From positions 1-47,675 of the forward strand of contig JBEKCP010000001.1 in assembly GCA_050014815.1 (NCBI GenBank): a stretch of DNA of 47,675 nt, read 5' to 3'. The notes under the pieces are model-generated. The model worked only from the letters and a program-made list of their open reading frames with translations. It did no database searches and was not told the DNA's origin. The first letter of the stretch is position 1. Each line of letters opens with the position of its first letter. Of the stretch, positions 14,841 to 23,746 are shown piece after piece. Made by a program: the position numbers and the translations under genes. The stretch is from Thermoguttaceae bacterium. GTDB taxonomy: Bacteria > Planctomycetota > Planctomycetia > Pirellulales > Thermoguttaceae.

Positions 14841-16988
14841 CTACTTGATTTCCACCTCGTACCACAGGGTCTTGTGCTCCGGCCCGAGCCGCAGCAGGGC
14901 CTTGCCGTTGTGCTGGACAGCCGGCCATGGATCACGGCGGACACCCGCGGGATCGAGGGGCCAGCAGCGGACCCGATCGGCGGCGACGGGCAACACGATC
15001 TCAACCCCAACGCCTTCGCATAGGACGGGCGGCTGGCCCCACCGATCGCCCAGAGTGACTTTATCCCCGTCGAGGTATTCGAGCTTCGCGCCACGGTTCT
15101 GCATCCAGCCCGTGGCGGCCACGAGCATCCGCCCCGGCTGGTCGAAGCCCGCGCCGTCGACGCATACCAGCGAGACCGTGGCCCAGTCGAGCCGAGTCCG
15201 GCCCGGGGTGAGAACCACATTGCCCAGGCAAAAGCTCCGCCCCTGGATGAAGCCGGTGAAGAGTTTCGTGCGCGGGCTATCCACGGTGAGATAGCCGCCG
15301 CCTTTGCGCGAGGCGTCCCAACGCATCTGGCCGGTGTCGGAAACGAGCGGGGCCCCGGCGTCGGGCGGGGCCGGCGCGGCCTTGTCGGGCGCGCGGGCAC
15401 GGTCTTCGCCCAACTCCATGGCTATCGCGTGGACCGCCGACCATCGCGCGTCCATGCCCGCCATGGTGGCTTGCACTTCCCAGGGATTGAAGGTCTGGCG
15501 CAGCTTGCGGCGCTCCGCCTCGCGCGAGACCGGAGTCAACAGGGTGGTCCGGGCGGCGGTCACGTCGCCGCGAACGAACATCGCCGCGCAGGCCGGCAAG
15601 TGGACCAGCTTCGCCGGATCGCCCTTGAAGTCGAAGAAGCCAACGATCCGCGACGACTCGTACTCGGAACTGCCGCTATAGGAGAAAGTGTAAATGCCGT
15701 CCCAGCCCTGCAGGGCGCCGAAAGCCGCGGCCATCGGAAAGCCCTCGGCGGCATAGACGTTGGGCGCCGGGTGGTTGTACTCGCTTACCGTGAAAGGCAG
15801 CCCGGCCACCCGCTTGGCAGCCAGCCGGCCGAGGATACCGGGCGGGGTGTCGGCCAGCGCGGTGTTGCCCACGGTCCAGTGGCCGGCGTCCCAATCGCGG
15901 CCGGGGAATGCCGGATGGTGCCAATAGGCGTGGGCGTCGAGGTAATCGAGTCGGGCCTGAATATGGACGGGGCTCCAGGAGACCTGCGTGCCGGACACCG
16001 GCGGGCGGACCCGCAGTTCTTCCTTGAGGAAGCGGTGCATGCCCAGCCAATAGGCCCGCTCGGTGTCCCAGAGGAAATCGGCCCAATCGGCGCGGACCGG
16101 CGGAGTTGGGGCGTCCTTGGCGCGGAGCGGCGCGATTGCCGCTTCTTGCCATAATCGCGAGTCGGCGGCCGCATCCTCGCTTCGGTTCCATGCCTCGCGC
16201 CAACGCTCGGTGCCGCCGTACTTCTGCCGCAGCCACAGGTTCCAGAGCTTGCGAAACGTGGTGGAATAAGGTTCCGGCAGGCGGTCCAATCGGCCGTAAC
16301 GCCACTCCTCGAACAGCGCGTTCTCGTTGTTGATCTCGACAAAGGCCACCGCCGGCTCGTCGGCATAGGCTGCGCCGGTATAAGGATTGACGTGCCGCAG
16401 CAGGTCGCGGGCGAACTTCTTCTGCAACTCGATCATGCGGGGCTCGAAGTTGTCGAGCCCCTTATCGTACTTCGGCCGCTCGGCCCGGCCCGGAAAACCG
16501 TCGGCCTCGTCCAACCAGCGCGAGATGTGCAGGTTCAGGTTCGTATAGACGCCGTGGAGCTTGAGTTGATGGACGAGGTAGTCGAGCCGATCGAGTTGCT
16601 TGGGATCGATCGCGAGGTGGCCGGGGCCGTCGCCCCAAATCTCGCGGCGGTCCATGTGGTGCATGCGGACGCAATTGAATCCCAGGCGGGCCAGGCCGGC
16701 CGCCAGTCGCTGGGCCTGTTCGTGGCTGGGGAAACAGCCCGCCGCGCAGAGGTTCGTCCCCCAGAAGCGAATTGGTTTCATTTCGCCGGAGGCCGCCCTG
16801 ATCGCCAGTCGGCCGCCGATCGCCTGCACGAAGCCGTCTTTGCCCGCCGGGCGGGCGATCCATGCGGAGACATCGCCCGCGCCTCCCGCCGCCGGCAACG
16901 GCATGGAGAAGGGAAACATCTCGTCCTGGGCAACGGTCTCCGGGCTGCCGGCCGTCAGAACAATCGCCGTGAGGAGAAGCGGATTCAT
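14841..16988 (-). CDS. secreted clan GH-A (GH5-like) glycoside hydrolase
   Basis: 715 aa, ATG start, N-terminus MNPLLLTAIVLTAGSPETVAQ. The stretches RFWGTNLC...LGFNCVRMHHMD...LDYLVHQLKLHGVYTNLNLH...VAFVEINNENALFEEW carry the R..HH.D and NE(N) acid/base-type motifs of (beta/alpha)8 GH5-like enzymes. The family number is not verified. Confidence 0.7.
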   Translation of the reverse strand: MNPLLLTAIVLTAGSPETVAQDEMFPFSMPLPAAGGAGDVSAWIARPAGKDGFVQAIGGRLAIRAASGEMKPIRFWGTNLCAAGCFPSHEQAQRLAAGLARLGFNCVRMHHMDRREIWGDGPGHLAIDPKQLDRLDYLVHQLKLHGVYTNLNLHISRWLDEADGFPGRAERPKYDKGLDNFEPRMIELQKKFARDLLRHVNPYTGAAYADEPAVAFVEINNENALFEEWRYGRLDRLPEPYSTTFRKLWNLWLRQKYGGTERWREAWNRSEDAAADSRLWQEAAIAPLRAKDAPTPPVRADWADFLWDTERAYWLGMHRFLKEELRVRPPVSGTQVSWSPVHIQARLDYLDAHAYWHHPAFPGRDWDAGHWTVGNTALADTPPGILGRLAAKRVAGLPFTVSEYNHPAPNVYAAEGFPMAAAFGALQGWDGIYTFSYSGSSEYESSRIVGFFDFKGDPAKLVHLPACAAMFVRGDVTAARTTLLTPVSREAERRKLRQTFNPWEVQATMAGMDARWSAVHAIAMELGEDRARAPDKAAPAPPDAGAPLVSDTGQMRWDASRKGGGYLTVDSPRTKLFTGFIQGRSFCLGNVVLTPGRTRLDWATVSLVCVDGAGFDQPGRMLVAATGWMQNRGAKLEYLDGDKVTLGDRWGQPPVLCEGVGVEIVLPVAADRVRCWPLDPAGVRRDPWPAVQHNGKALLRLGPEHKTLWYEVEIK

Positions 16989-17012
16989 GGTTCACCGAGT
17001 TGTTTCAGCGTT
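16959..17012. repeat. 54-bp segment 100% identical to 22953..23006
   Basis: The shared sequence is AACAATCGCCGTGAGGAGAAGCGGATTCATGGTTCACCGAGTTGTTTCAGCGTT. It covers the first 10 codons of the GH5-like gene (MNPLLLTAIV) and the 24 nt upstream. Weaker similarity continues for about 40 nt into the gene. Confidence 0.95.
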
Positions 17013-17030
17013 AGAGTATCGTCGCAGCGA

Positions 17031-19322
17031 CTACCGTGTAGTCGGCGCCGGTTTTTCGTCCTGCGGGAGGACAACGATGACGGAAAAACCTGTCCTTCCC
17101 CAAGCGTTCTCGAATTTCACCAGCATCTGGTTGACGCCCTTGTTGAGGCACACCTTGGCGCTGCCCCGGTCGGGAATCCAGGGATGCGGCGTCTTCCCGC
17201 TCGACCAGATGCGCTTTCCATTCAGCCAGACTTTCCCGTAGTCGTCGGCGCCGAAGAACATGTAGACCTCGCGGTCGGCGTCGCTTTGCAGCTCCGTCCA
17301 GGCATACCAGACCGCATAGTCCAACGGGTTCCTGGGCACGACGGGCATTTCCTGCGAGTCCAGGGTTTCCCATCGCAACGGCTTGCCTCCCTTGCCCGCA
17401 TAAATGCAGTCGAGATCCACCACCGCTTCGGGCGGATGCTTCTGATCGACGGTCTCTCGCCGGTCGTTTACGAACGGGCCGATGATCTGCCAGTGGTTCA
17501 CGAACATGAGCGAAGTCTCCTTGCCGGCAATGCGGAATACCTTTCTACCCGGCCTGGGGGCGACTTGCCCCATGTCGAGGGCCTTCTTTAGGCCCAACTC
17601 GTCGGGCAGCACCACGGGTCCAGCGTGTACGCCCCACCTGGTGTCGGCTGCTTCCGGCGGCTCATACGATTTGCCGCCCTCTTCCCAGACCAGTTCGGGC
17701 TGCAAGCGGACGATTCCGTCAGCCAGCGTCAGTCGCCGCCGGCAATCGGTCGCTTGAGCCTGAAACTCCGCCAGGAGTTTGCGCAACTCCGTGACCAGCG
17801 CATGTAATCCATTGAAATCTTCAACGGCCGCGTCGAGAAGCTTTGCGTCCGCCTTGGGACGCTCGGGCGCAAGAAGCTTGGTCGCTTCACAGGCATCCTG
17901 GAACGACACGCGTTGGGTTTTGCTCAATGTGATGGCCTGAATCAGCCTATATGCGGCCACTGTCGCCGCCTCTTGTTTGGCGGCGATCTCGAACAACTCC
18001 GCAATGGATCGGTCTGCAAGGTCGGCAGCAGAGAACTTCTGAAGTTCGGGCACCTCAAGCTGAACTCCTGCCATCAGCATCGCCTTGGGGAGTGCCCCGC
18101 GCGCCTCCTTGAGAAGTGTGACCAAGCCAAGGGCTGCTTCCTGCTCGCGCAGTACTCCAGCCGCAAGCTCGTTTCGATACAACTTGGTCAATTCCTTGGC
18201 CGCCTCGTTAAGCTGCCTCGGCGCGGCGTTTTGGGCGGCGCTGAGAATGGCTTCCTCGGCGGGCATGGAACCGACCGGCCGCGGCCGAATCGCGGTAAAC
18301 TGCCCGGCGCCGGCGAACGCCACCGGTTGCAGCTCGAGCTTGGCCAGGATTTCGAGACAGCCCGCAAGGAAAAACGTCGGCGTGGGCCGCTCGGTCTTGA
18401 CCAAAGGCACGGGTTTGGGATGCTGCTGGGCAAACCTGGTCAACTCGCGGCGAAGGTCGGCCGCGCGGACGGCCGCGCCGTTTAGCTGCATCGCGCCGTG
18501 GGGGTCGATCTCGATGGTCAACTGTCGCCCCGCCTCCCACATCTGCGCGGGCGTGACCGCCAGATCGACGGTTGCCTTCCGGCCGCGCGGCAACAGCAAC
18601 TCGACGCGGCCGAGGCCCTCGAACTGGCAGCGATTCAACAGGTTGACCACCGGCCCCGCGGGCGTTTGGTCGCCGGCTTCAATTTGCACCGGGCCGGGGT
18701 GCGGCAGTTTGGCAGCCTCACGCAGAGGCGGTCCAAGCTGCGAGGCGCTGGGGAGAAGTGCGTACAGAACACCCGCTGTGTCCACCTGGAATCGCAGATG
18801 TTCGACCGGCCGAGGCGATTCGACCCCGGCGATAATCTCGATTGCCAGCAAGCGGGCGGCCAACTCCAGATCGACGCCCTGCAACTCGCCGCGTTGAAAG
18901 CGTATCAGCAGGTGGCGGGTCAGGCCGGAAACCGGCCTGCGCAATTTCGACTTCTCTTCCAGGGTTTCCCGGGCCACCTTGGCGTGCTCGCCGCCGGGCA
19001 GCAAACCGCGCTCCTCGGTCGGCGACAGCAGAAAGAACTTGCTGTGGCGCCGCCGCAGCGAATCCATCTGCCGATCGACGAAGTCGGGCCGGTCGTACCC
19101 TTCGGGCAGCGGATCGCCCTGCAGCTTGCACCCTGAAACGTATTTGCCCAGCGCAGCGGCAAATGCCCGCTTGAGCGCCTCGCTTTCGACCGCCTTTCCC
19201 TCAGCGTTCGCTTCCGCGCCGGGGGGCGCCGTGCGAATGTACGGCTGCGTTGTCGGCTCGGCGGCAGCCGCGACCTGAGCCAATAGAAACAAAGAAAACA
19301 GCCTGCGAAGCGTCGTCAGCAT
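17031..19322 (-). CDS. secreted 763-aa protein of unknown function with a C-terminal jelly-roll-like domain
   Basis: ATG start with GGAGA upstream and signal MLTTLRRLFSLFLLAQVAAAA. The C-terminal ~150 aa read HWQIIGPFVNDRRE...GKPLRWETL...AVWYAWTELQSDADREVYMFFGADDYGKVWLNGKRIW...LNKGVNQMLVKFEN. This has the W..GPF ... LNG ... G.N.L.VK pattern of sugar-binding beta-sandwiches. Confidence 0.8.
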   Translation of the reverse strand: MLTTLRRLFSLFLLAQVAAAAEPTTQPYIRTAPPGAEANAEGKAVESEALKRAFAAALGKYVSGCKLQGDPLPEGYDRPDFVDRQMDSLRRRHSKFFLLSPTEERGLLPGGEHAKVARETLEEKSKLRRPVSGLTRHLLIRFQRGELQGVDLELAARLLAIEIIAGVESPRPVEHLRFQVDTAGVLYALLPSASQLGPPLREAAKLPHPGPVQIEAGDQTPAGPVVNLLNRCQFEGLGRVELLLPRGRKATVDLAVTPAQMWEAGRQLTIEIDPHGAMQLNGAAVRAADLRRELTRFAQQHPKPVPLVKTERPTPTFFLAGCLEILAKLELQPVAFAGAGQFTAIRPRPVGSMPAEEAILSAAQNAAPRQLNEAAKELTKLYRNELAAGVLREQEAALGLVTLLKEARGALPKAMLMAGVQLEVPELQKFSAADLADRSIAELFEIAAKQEAATVAAYRLIQAITLSKTQRVSFQDACEATKLLAPERPKADAKLLDAAVEDFNGLHALVTELRKLLAEFQAQATDCRRRLTLADGIVRLQPELVWEEGGKSYEPPEAADTRWGVHAGPVVLPDELGLKKALDMGQVAPRPGRKVFRIAGKETSLMFVNHWQIIGPFVNDRRETVDQKHPPEAVVDLDCIYAGKGGKPLRWETLDSQEMPVVPRNPLDYAVWYAWTELQSDADREVYMFFGADDYGKVWLNGKRIWSSGKTPHPWIPDRGSAKVCLNKGVNQMLVKFENAWGRTGFSVIVVLPQDEKPAPTTR

Positions 19323-19413
19323 GGCGTTTCTCCGATGGATTGAAGTGTGTCCATGACAACTGACGGTGACAAACCGGTTTGATCGTCGATACCGACAACC
19401 GATGGTTCCGCGT

Positions 19414-20034
19414 TCACTTCTTGGCGTTCCTCCAGTTCATGCAGTATCGCCCGTCGCCCTCTTTCGTGGTGAAGTCGGTTGGCCGGGTATCGGCCCCCGA
19501 GTCGTTGGCGCAGTACCGGAACCTCTTGCCGTCGAACCGGAAGATCGCATAGCCTGTCCTACCCAGATTTCCCCCCTCGGTGACGGTGAAGTCGAAGTGC
19601 TTTGGGTCCTTGCCGGCATCCACTGTGAACGTACCCGCCTGCAGGACTTCGTCGCCGGACTTGAACACCCAGTGGTTCCCGGTGAACGTCATCGTGACTG
19701 TGTCGTCTGCGTATTCCACGCCCTGCCCGGCTTTCTCCCTCGAAGTCAAGCCCCACACTCCTTGGAACTTCTCCAACGCGGACGCGGTTGCCGCGGGGAC
19801 CGGCCGCTTGAAGGCGACCATCCCCTTGCCCAGTTGCCCGACGTACTCCCACCCTTCGGCGGCCAGTTCGTTAAGCTTGTTGGTGTTCGCGGCCTCGTCG
19901 TGACCGAACGAAACGGCCCTGTAGTCTGCCTTCGCCCGCGCGGGGGTGTCGCCCAGCGTGGCCGAGGTAAACAAGGAGATACTCAGGCCGGCCAGGAACA
20001 GACCGGCGAACAACGGCTTCTGATTCAGTCGCAT
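19414..20034 (-). CDS. secreted TIGR03067-type (planctomycete paralogous family) domain protein
   Basis: The track ORF is 19414..20190. I prefer ATG 20034 because it gives MRLNQKPLFAGLFLAGLSISLFTSA and has AAGGAGG 7 nt upstream. The C-terminal half FQGVWGLTSREKAGQGV...TFTVDAGKDPKHFDFTVTEGGNLGRTGYAIFRFDGKRFRYCAN...RPTDFTTKEGDGRY fits my memory of the TIGR03067 pattern (LQG.W...S....G......F.ld....PK.iD......G....GIY.l.GD.L..C......RP..F). Confidence 0.7.
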   Translation of the reverse strand: MRLNQKPLFAGLFLAGLSISLFTSATLGDTPARAKADYRAVSFGHDEAANTNKLNELAAEGWEYVGQLGKGMVAFKRPVPAATASALEKFQGVWGLTSREKAGQGVEYADDTVTMTFTGNHWVFKSGDEVLQAGTFTVDAGKDPKHFDFTVTEGGNLGRTGYAIFRFDGKRFRYCANDSGADTRPTDFTTKEGDGRYCMNWRNAKK

Positions 20035-20164
20035 AAAGAACCCTCCTTTGAGAAAACCCCTTTTCGATTGTGCCGGTGGCGATATCGGAATGCGTACCAA
20101 GTTCGCAACGAGGCCGTCTCTGTTGGCTATCGCCACGGCAGGTGCCGCGTTATCTTGGTTGGAC

Positions 20165-21544
20165 TTACTCCGCCTGCTCCTGCAACTCAACGATCAGGCA
20201 CGTCCCTGGGTCGCCGGGCTGTTTGGCGGCAATCAGGAAGCCGCCTCCCACCGCGCTCATACTGAAGCCGCCGCGGTGCCTCGGGCGTAGCCGAGCGGCC
20301 GCCTCGAGCGTCTTGGTGTCGATGATCGCCAAGGTGTTTCCCACCGGCGAACCGACGACCGCGTATCGGCCGTCGCTGCTGAAACTCAGCCCGATGCAGT
20401 TGCCCCAGCCCGGCCGGCCGTCGCGGTCTTCGCGCTCCTCGGTATCCAGCGGCTTGCCGCTTGCGTCGAGGATGTTCAGCCCGCCGCGGCGTCCCCGCTC
20501 AATGCGGTAGATGTGGCGACCGTCCGGCCCCGCGAACACCCGGGTGTACCAACCCAGATGGCCCTCTCGCCCGAGCGCGGGCCGGAAGCTCGGCGCGGCC
20601 GACAACACGAAGAGCTCCGGCACGCCCAGCATCCGCACGGTCCAGGTGCGGGTCGGATCGTCCGGGCGCGGCGGGATCCGCACCTCGAACGGCGGGCCGA
20701 CCGGCCGCACGGTCCATGTCTTGGTCGAAAGCAGCATGGGGACTTCGCGGTTTGGGCCGCTACGCAGGTCGACGAGCAGATTGCCGGCTTTATCTCCCTC
20801 GGCGACGTATCCGTACAGCCGGTCAACATTGTTGGCGTCCGCTTGGATTTCAAGTTTCTCGGGATCGGCGAGCGGAAGCAGGATCCGCCATTGCCGGTTG
20901 GTCCTTGGTTCGGGCGGACCGACCATCAGGCACAGCGTTTTGCCATCCCCGATCAACGCGCCACGCCACTGGTGGCGGCCCCCCTCCGAGCGGAACGTCC
21001 GCTCGATCACCTTCCGCTCCCCGAGGTCGAACCAGGCATAGGACGGCCCGTAGCCGTCGGCAGGAAAGGCGTACCGGCCGTCGGGCGAGAAAACGACGTG
21101 TTGCGCGAAGAGCGTCTCGCTCTCGACCACCCGTTGGCCGCTCCGCAGATCGAGGATTGCCGTTCCGCCGCGGCCCGGCTTCGACTGGCGGTCCGGCACG
21201 GCGGCCCATTTCCGGTCGTCGGACACGGTCAACACGCCTTCCGGGCAGGCGAAACTCTCGTCGAGAGCGGGCTTGAGCGGATCGATGATCCAAGCTCGAC
21301 GTTGCGACTTGCTCCAGAGACACCATCTCTTGAAATCCGCGGTCCGACCGATGCCATCGATCCGCAGGATCGCGAGCTTGTAGTCGAGGCCGCCCAGCCG
21401 GAAGGTCGCGCCATCCTCGATGGTCGGGGGCGGCTCGGCCGCAACCGCGCGGCCTTCGGTTTGACTTCCCAACAGGACGCAGCACAGACTTGTTGCGACC
21501 AGTCCCGTTCCCCGCTTGCCGAACACCACGCTTCGCCACGTCAT
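20165..21544 (-). CDS. secreted beta-propeller-like protein of unknown function
   Basis: The track ORF is 20165..21580. I prefer ATG 21544 because it gives MTWRSVVFGKRGTGLVATSLCCVLLGS and has GGGGAGGA 6 nt upstream. Repeated SxDGRYA/FSPDGRYAF-type strands are present (VVFSPDGRYAFPADG, LSFSSDGRYAVVGS). Confidence 0.75.
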   Translation of the reverse strand: MTWRSVVFGKRGTGLVATSLCCVLLGSQTEGRAVAAEPPPTIEDGATFRLGGLDYKLAILRIDGIGRTADFKRWCLWSKSQRRAWIIDPLKPALDESFACPEGVLTVSDDRKWAAVPDRQSKPGRGGTAILDLRSGQRVVESETLFAQHVVFSPDGRYAFPADGYGPSYAWFDLGERKVIERTFRSEGGRHQWRGALIGDGKTLCLMVGPPEPRTNRQWRILLPLADPEKLEIQADANNVDRLYGYVAEGDKAGNLLVDLRSGPNREVPMLLSTKTWTVRPVGPPFEVRIPPRPDDPTRTWTVRMLGVPELFVLSAAPSFRPALGREGHLGWYTRVFAGPDGRHIYRIERGRRGGLNILDASGKPLDTEEREDRDGRPGWGNCIGLSFSSDGRYAVVGSPVGNTLAIIDTKTLEAAARLRPRHRGGFSMSAVGGGFLIAAKQPGDPGTCLIVELQEQAE

Positions 21545-21593
21545 GACAAGTCCTCCCCGCGAGATTGAGACACGGTTCATTTAGCGCCGGAAG

Positions 21594-22619
21594 TTACCGC
21601 TCCGGCGGGCGCTCCGCATGTGGATCGTTACCCTCGGGCGGCACCGGCGGCTTTTCGGCCCACACCGCTTCGAGCGGCGCAAAGTCCTTCCCGGCGCGCT
21701 GCCGGGCCCGGGCGAACAGCCGCGAAATCGTCGCGTCGGCAGACGCATGGAAGTGACGATCGTGGCCCGGTTTGCGATACTGGAACTGAATCTCGCAAGC
21801 CCCTTGGAGGGACGGGGCCAGCGCCGAGAGGCCGCGATAGGCTTCGGCGAAGCCGAACGTGCCGACCGGCAGCTTCGCGGTCCGATCGTCGCGCGCGACG
21901 TGACCCTGGGTGATCCGGGCACTGCCATCCGGCATGATGCTCAGGACCCATTGGTTCGGCGCATGCACGCTGATTGAGCCCAGATCTTCGGGCGGGGCGG
22001 GCGTGGGCGGAGCTGGGGCTGGCTCGCTCGACCCCTTCAGCGCCGCGATCGCCGTTTCGCAGGCGTGGCGCAGCCCGGGATGGACCATCTGTGGATGCTT
22101 TGCGCGATCCGCGTCGCGCAACCGCTCGAGCAAAGGCACATCATCGGCTGACCCCACCTTGCCCAAGATCTGGACCGCATAGACCCGCAGCGTCGCCTCC
22201 GGGGGCGCAACACCCGACGTGTTCCCCTTTGGATCGATGGCCCGCGGCTCCTCTCGCTCCAGCAACTTCCGCAGCTTTTCGGCGGCTAGACGGCGACCAT
22301 CGCCGGAAAGCCGCGCCGACTTCGCGTAACGGTCGAGTTGAAAGAGGGCCTCGTGCGCGGCCCCGTAGTTGAGCGGGTCGTCGGATAGCAAGAACTTGTC
22401 GAACGACTCCACCCATGTTGCCTTGGAACCCGTCGCGCCGCCCGGCCCGAGGTTGCTGCCCGGCCCATCTGCTTTCGGCAACTCGATCGCCCTCCCAGAC
22501 TGAGGGGACTCCGCAAACGTGTCCTCTCGGGTCTGCGGGCCGGCCGCGCCGATGATCGAAGCCAGCGCGGCCACCGCGCACAGCCCGACCGCAAGAATAG
22601 CCCGTCGATGCCGCAACAT
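21594..22619 (-). CDS. secreted protein of unknown function with a HEAT-like segment
   Basis: The track ORF starts with GTG at 22637. AAGGAGG at 22628..22634 sits 8 nt from ATG 22619 (MLRHRRAILAVGLCAVAALASIIGA) and only 2 nt from ATG 22625. The stretch YAVQILGKVGSADDVPLLERLRDAD is HEAT/PBS-lyase-like. Confidence 0.7.
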   Translation of the reverse strand: MLRHRRAILAVGLCAVAALASIIGAAGPQTREDTFAESPQSGRAIELPKADGPGSNLGPGGATGSKATWVESFDKFLLSDDPLNYGAAHEALFQLDRYAKSARLSGDGRRLAAEKLRKLLEREEPRAIDPKGNTSGVAPPEATLRVYAVQILGKVGSADDVPLLERLRDADRAKHPQMVHPGLRHACETAIAALKGSSEPAPAPPTPAPPEDLGSISVHAPNQWVLSIMPDGSARITQGHVARDDRTAKLPVGTFGFAEAYRGLSALAPSLQGACEIQFQYRKPGHDRHFHASADATISRLFARARQRAGKDFAPLEAVWAEKPPVPPEGNDPHAERPPER

Positions 22620-22865
22620 TTTCATGCCCTCCTTCACGTGGGTTTGGGGCGCAACCCAAGGCCAAGCCGTCCATGATTATACAAGGAAGAAGGTCACTGG
22701 CGTGTAACAAGGATGTAACACGCTATCGAGGTCGCAGATCCCTGCTTGATTTCTATCGCTTCTGCCCGTTCGTTGGGTTTCCACCGGACAATTCGACGTA
22801 AGTCGCCGGCCCGAAGTTCCGTCCCGCCGGTTCCATCGCGTGCAGTCGGGGGCGAGTGGCTGTCC

Positions 22866-22982
22866 TCAACCGGGCAGCGCCCCGGCCAACACCAGGTGAT
22901 GGTGGTGTGCCGCGTCGTCTGCCTTGGCGGTCTGCGGGCCGCCAGCCGCCAAAACAATCGCCGTGAGGAGAAGCGGATTCAT
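22866..22982 (-). pseudogene. orphan copy of the GH5-like gene 5' end (38-codon ORF), either a remnant or a small signal-peptide-only ORF
   Basis: Hand translation gives MNPLLLTAIVLAAGGPQTAKADDAAHHHHLVLAGALPG*, compared with MNPLLLTAIVLTAGSPETVAQDE... at 16988. It is too short for the ORF track. It is followed by 228 nt with no ORF. Confidence 0.35.
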
Positions 22983-23006
22983 GGTTCACCGAGTTGTTTC
23001 AGCGTT
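22953..23006. repeat. second copy of the 54-bp identical segment (see 16959..17012)
   Basis: Identical over 54 bp. In this copy it overlaps the stop codon and the last two sense codons of 22999..23721. Confidence 0.95.
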
Positions 23007-23721
23007 TCTTCCCTTCCAACGCCTCGGCAAGGGTCTTCTTCTTGGTCACTTGCAGCAGGGTAGACTCCGTGTAGGCGCGGGCGTAGACGGTCACCTGGAT
23101 CGGCTTGTCGGCCGCCTTCTTCAGCCCGAGGTCCTTGCCCTGGACCGTGAAGTCAGCCATCAGGTGAATGCTGGTGCCGAGGAAGGCGTTGGAGTGCAGT
23201 CCGCGGAGGTCGCCGCCGCCCGGCAGGTTGTAGCGGACCCGTCCCCGGCCCTTCACGCTGACCGCGCGGCCGTCCACGTCGAGTCGTCCCTCGACGGGCA
23301 ACATCTGATAAGGGCCGGCCTTCGGATCCTTTTCGCCACACGGCTCCCACGGGCCGACCTTTATGACGGTGAAGCGCGCCGTCGGCGTCTTCTCCTTCTG
23401 CATCAACTCGCCCAGCACCTTGTACTCTCCGCCGTCGGGCTGGCAGAGCCGCGTGCAGGTGAGATCGAGGTCCGACTGCGGGGATTGGGGATCGAAGACC
23501 ATCTTGCCGCGGACCTGGCCCCACTTGCCTTCATAAAAGTAGTTGGGCCAAAGCCCGCCCGAAGGGTCGCGAAACTCGATCCGCCCCGCCACGTAAACCA
23601 TGCCGGCGAAGTGAAAGACCGTGCCGGGCGGCACCGGCGTGGCGACGGCCGGCTCAGCCGCCGCAAGCTGCTGAACGAGAACGCTTAGCACGAGCGAGCA
23701 AGAGGCAATCACGCATTTCAT
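22999..23721 (-). CDS. secreted 240-aa protein of unknown function
   Basis: ATG start with AAGGAG 9 nt upstream and signal MKCVIASCSLVLSVLVQQLAAA. Third codon positions are GC-rich like the neighbouring genes. No family recognised. Confidence 0.75.
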   Translation of the reverse strand: MKCVIASCSLVLSVLVQQLAAAEPAVATPVPPGTVFHFAGMVYVAGRIEFRDPSGGLWPNYFYEGKWGQVRGKMVFDPQSPQSDLDLTCTRLCQPDGGEYKVLGELMQKEKTPTARFTVIKVGPWEPCGEKDPKAGPYQMLPVEGRLDVDGRAVSVKGRGRVRYNLPGGGDLRGLHSNAFLGTSIHLMADFTVQGKDLGLKKAADKPIQVTVYARAYTESTLLQVTKKKTLAEALEGKKR

Positions 23722-23746
23722 AGAAGGGTGCTCCTTGGTACGAATA

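Noticed and set aside
20075-20136. An inverted repeat GGTGGCGATA ... TATCGCCAC with a ~43-nt loop, in the spacer upstream of the TIGR03067-type gene.
   Set aside because: The arms are short (9-10 bp), the loop is long, there is no second copy and there is no similarity to the palindromic element family.
22676-22720. A promoter/operator-like motif upstream of 21594..22619. On the minus strand there is a perfect TATAAT (22681..22676) about 38-55 nt before the candidate starts, and a TGTAACA-N4-TGTAACA direct repeat with 11-bp period (22703..22720).
   Set aside because: There is no acceptable -35 at 16-19 nt spacing, and I do not know the promoter consensus for this lineage. A single hexamer plus a 7-mer repeat is too little to call a feature. 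It could be checked by 5'-end mapping.
22866-22982. The His4 run (AAHHHHLV) in the orphan 38-codon ORF, considered as a possible metal-binding micro-protein.
   Set aside because: The ORF is most simply a duplicated gene start that has drifted out of homology. There is no independent support for translation or function.
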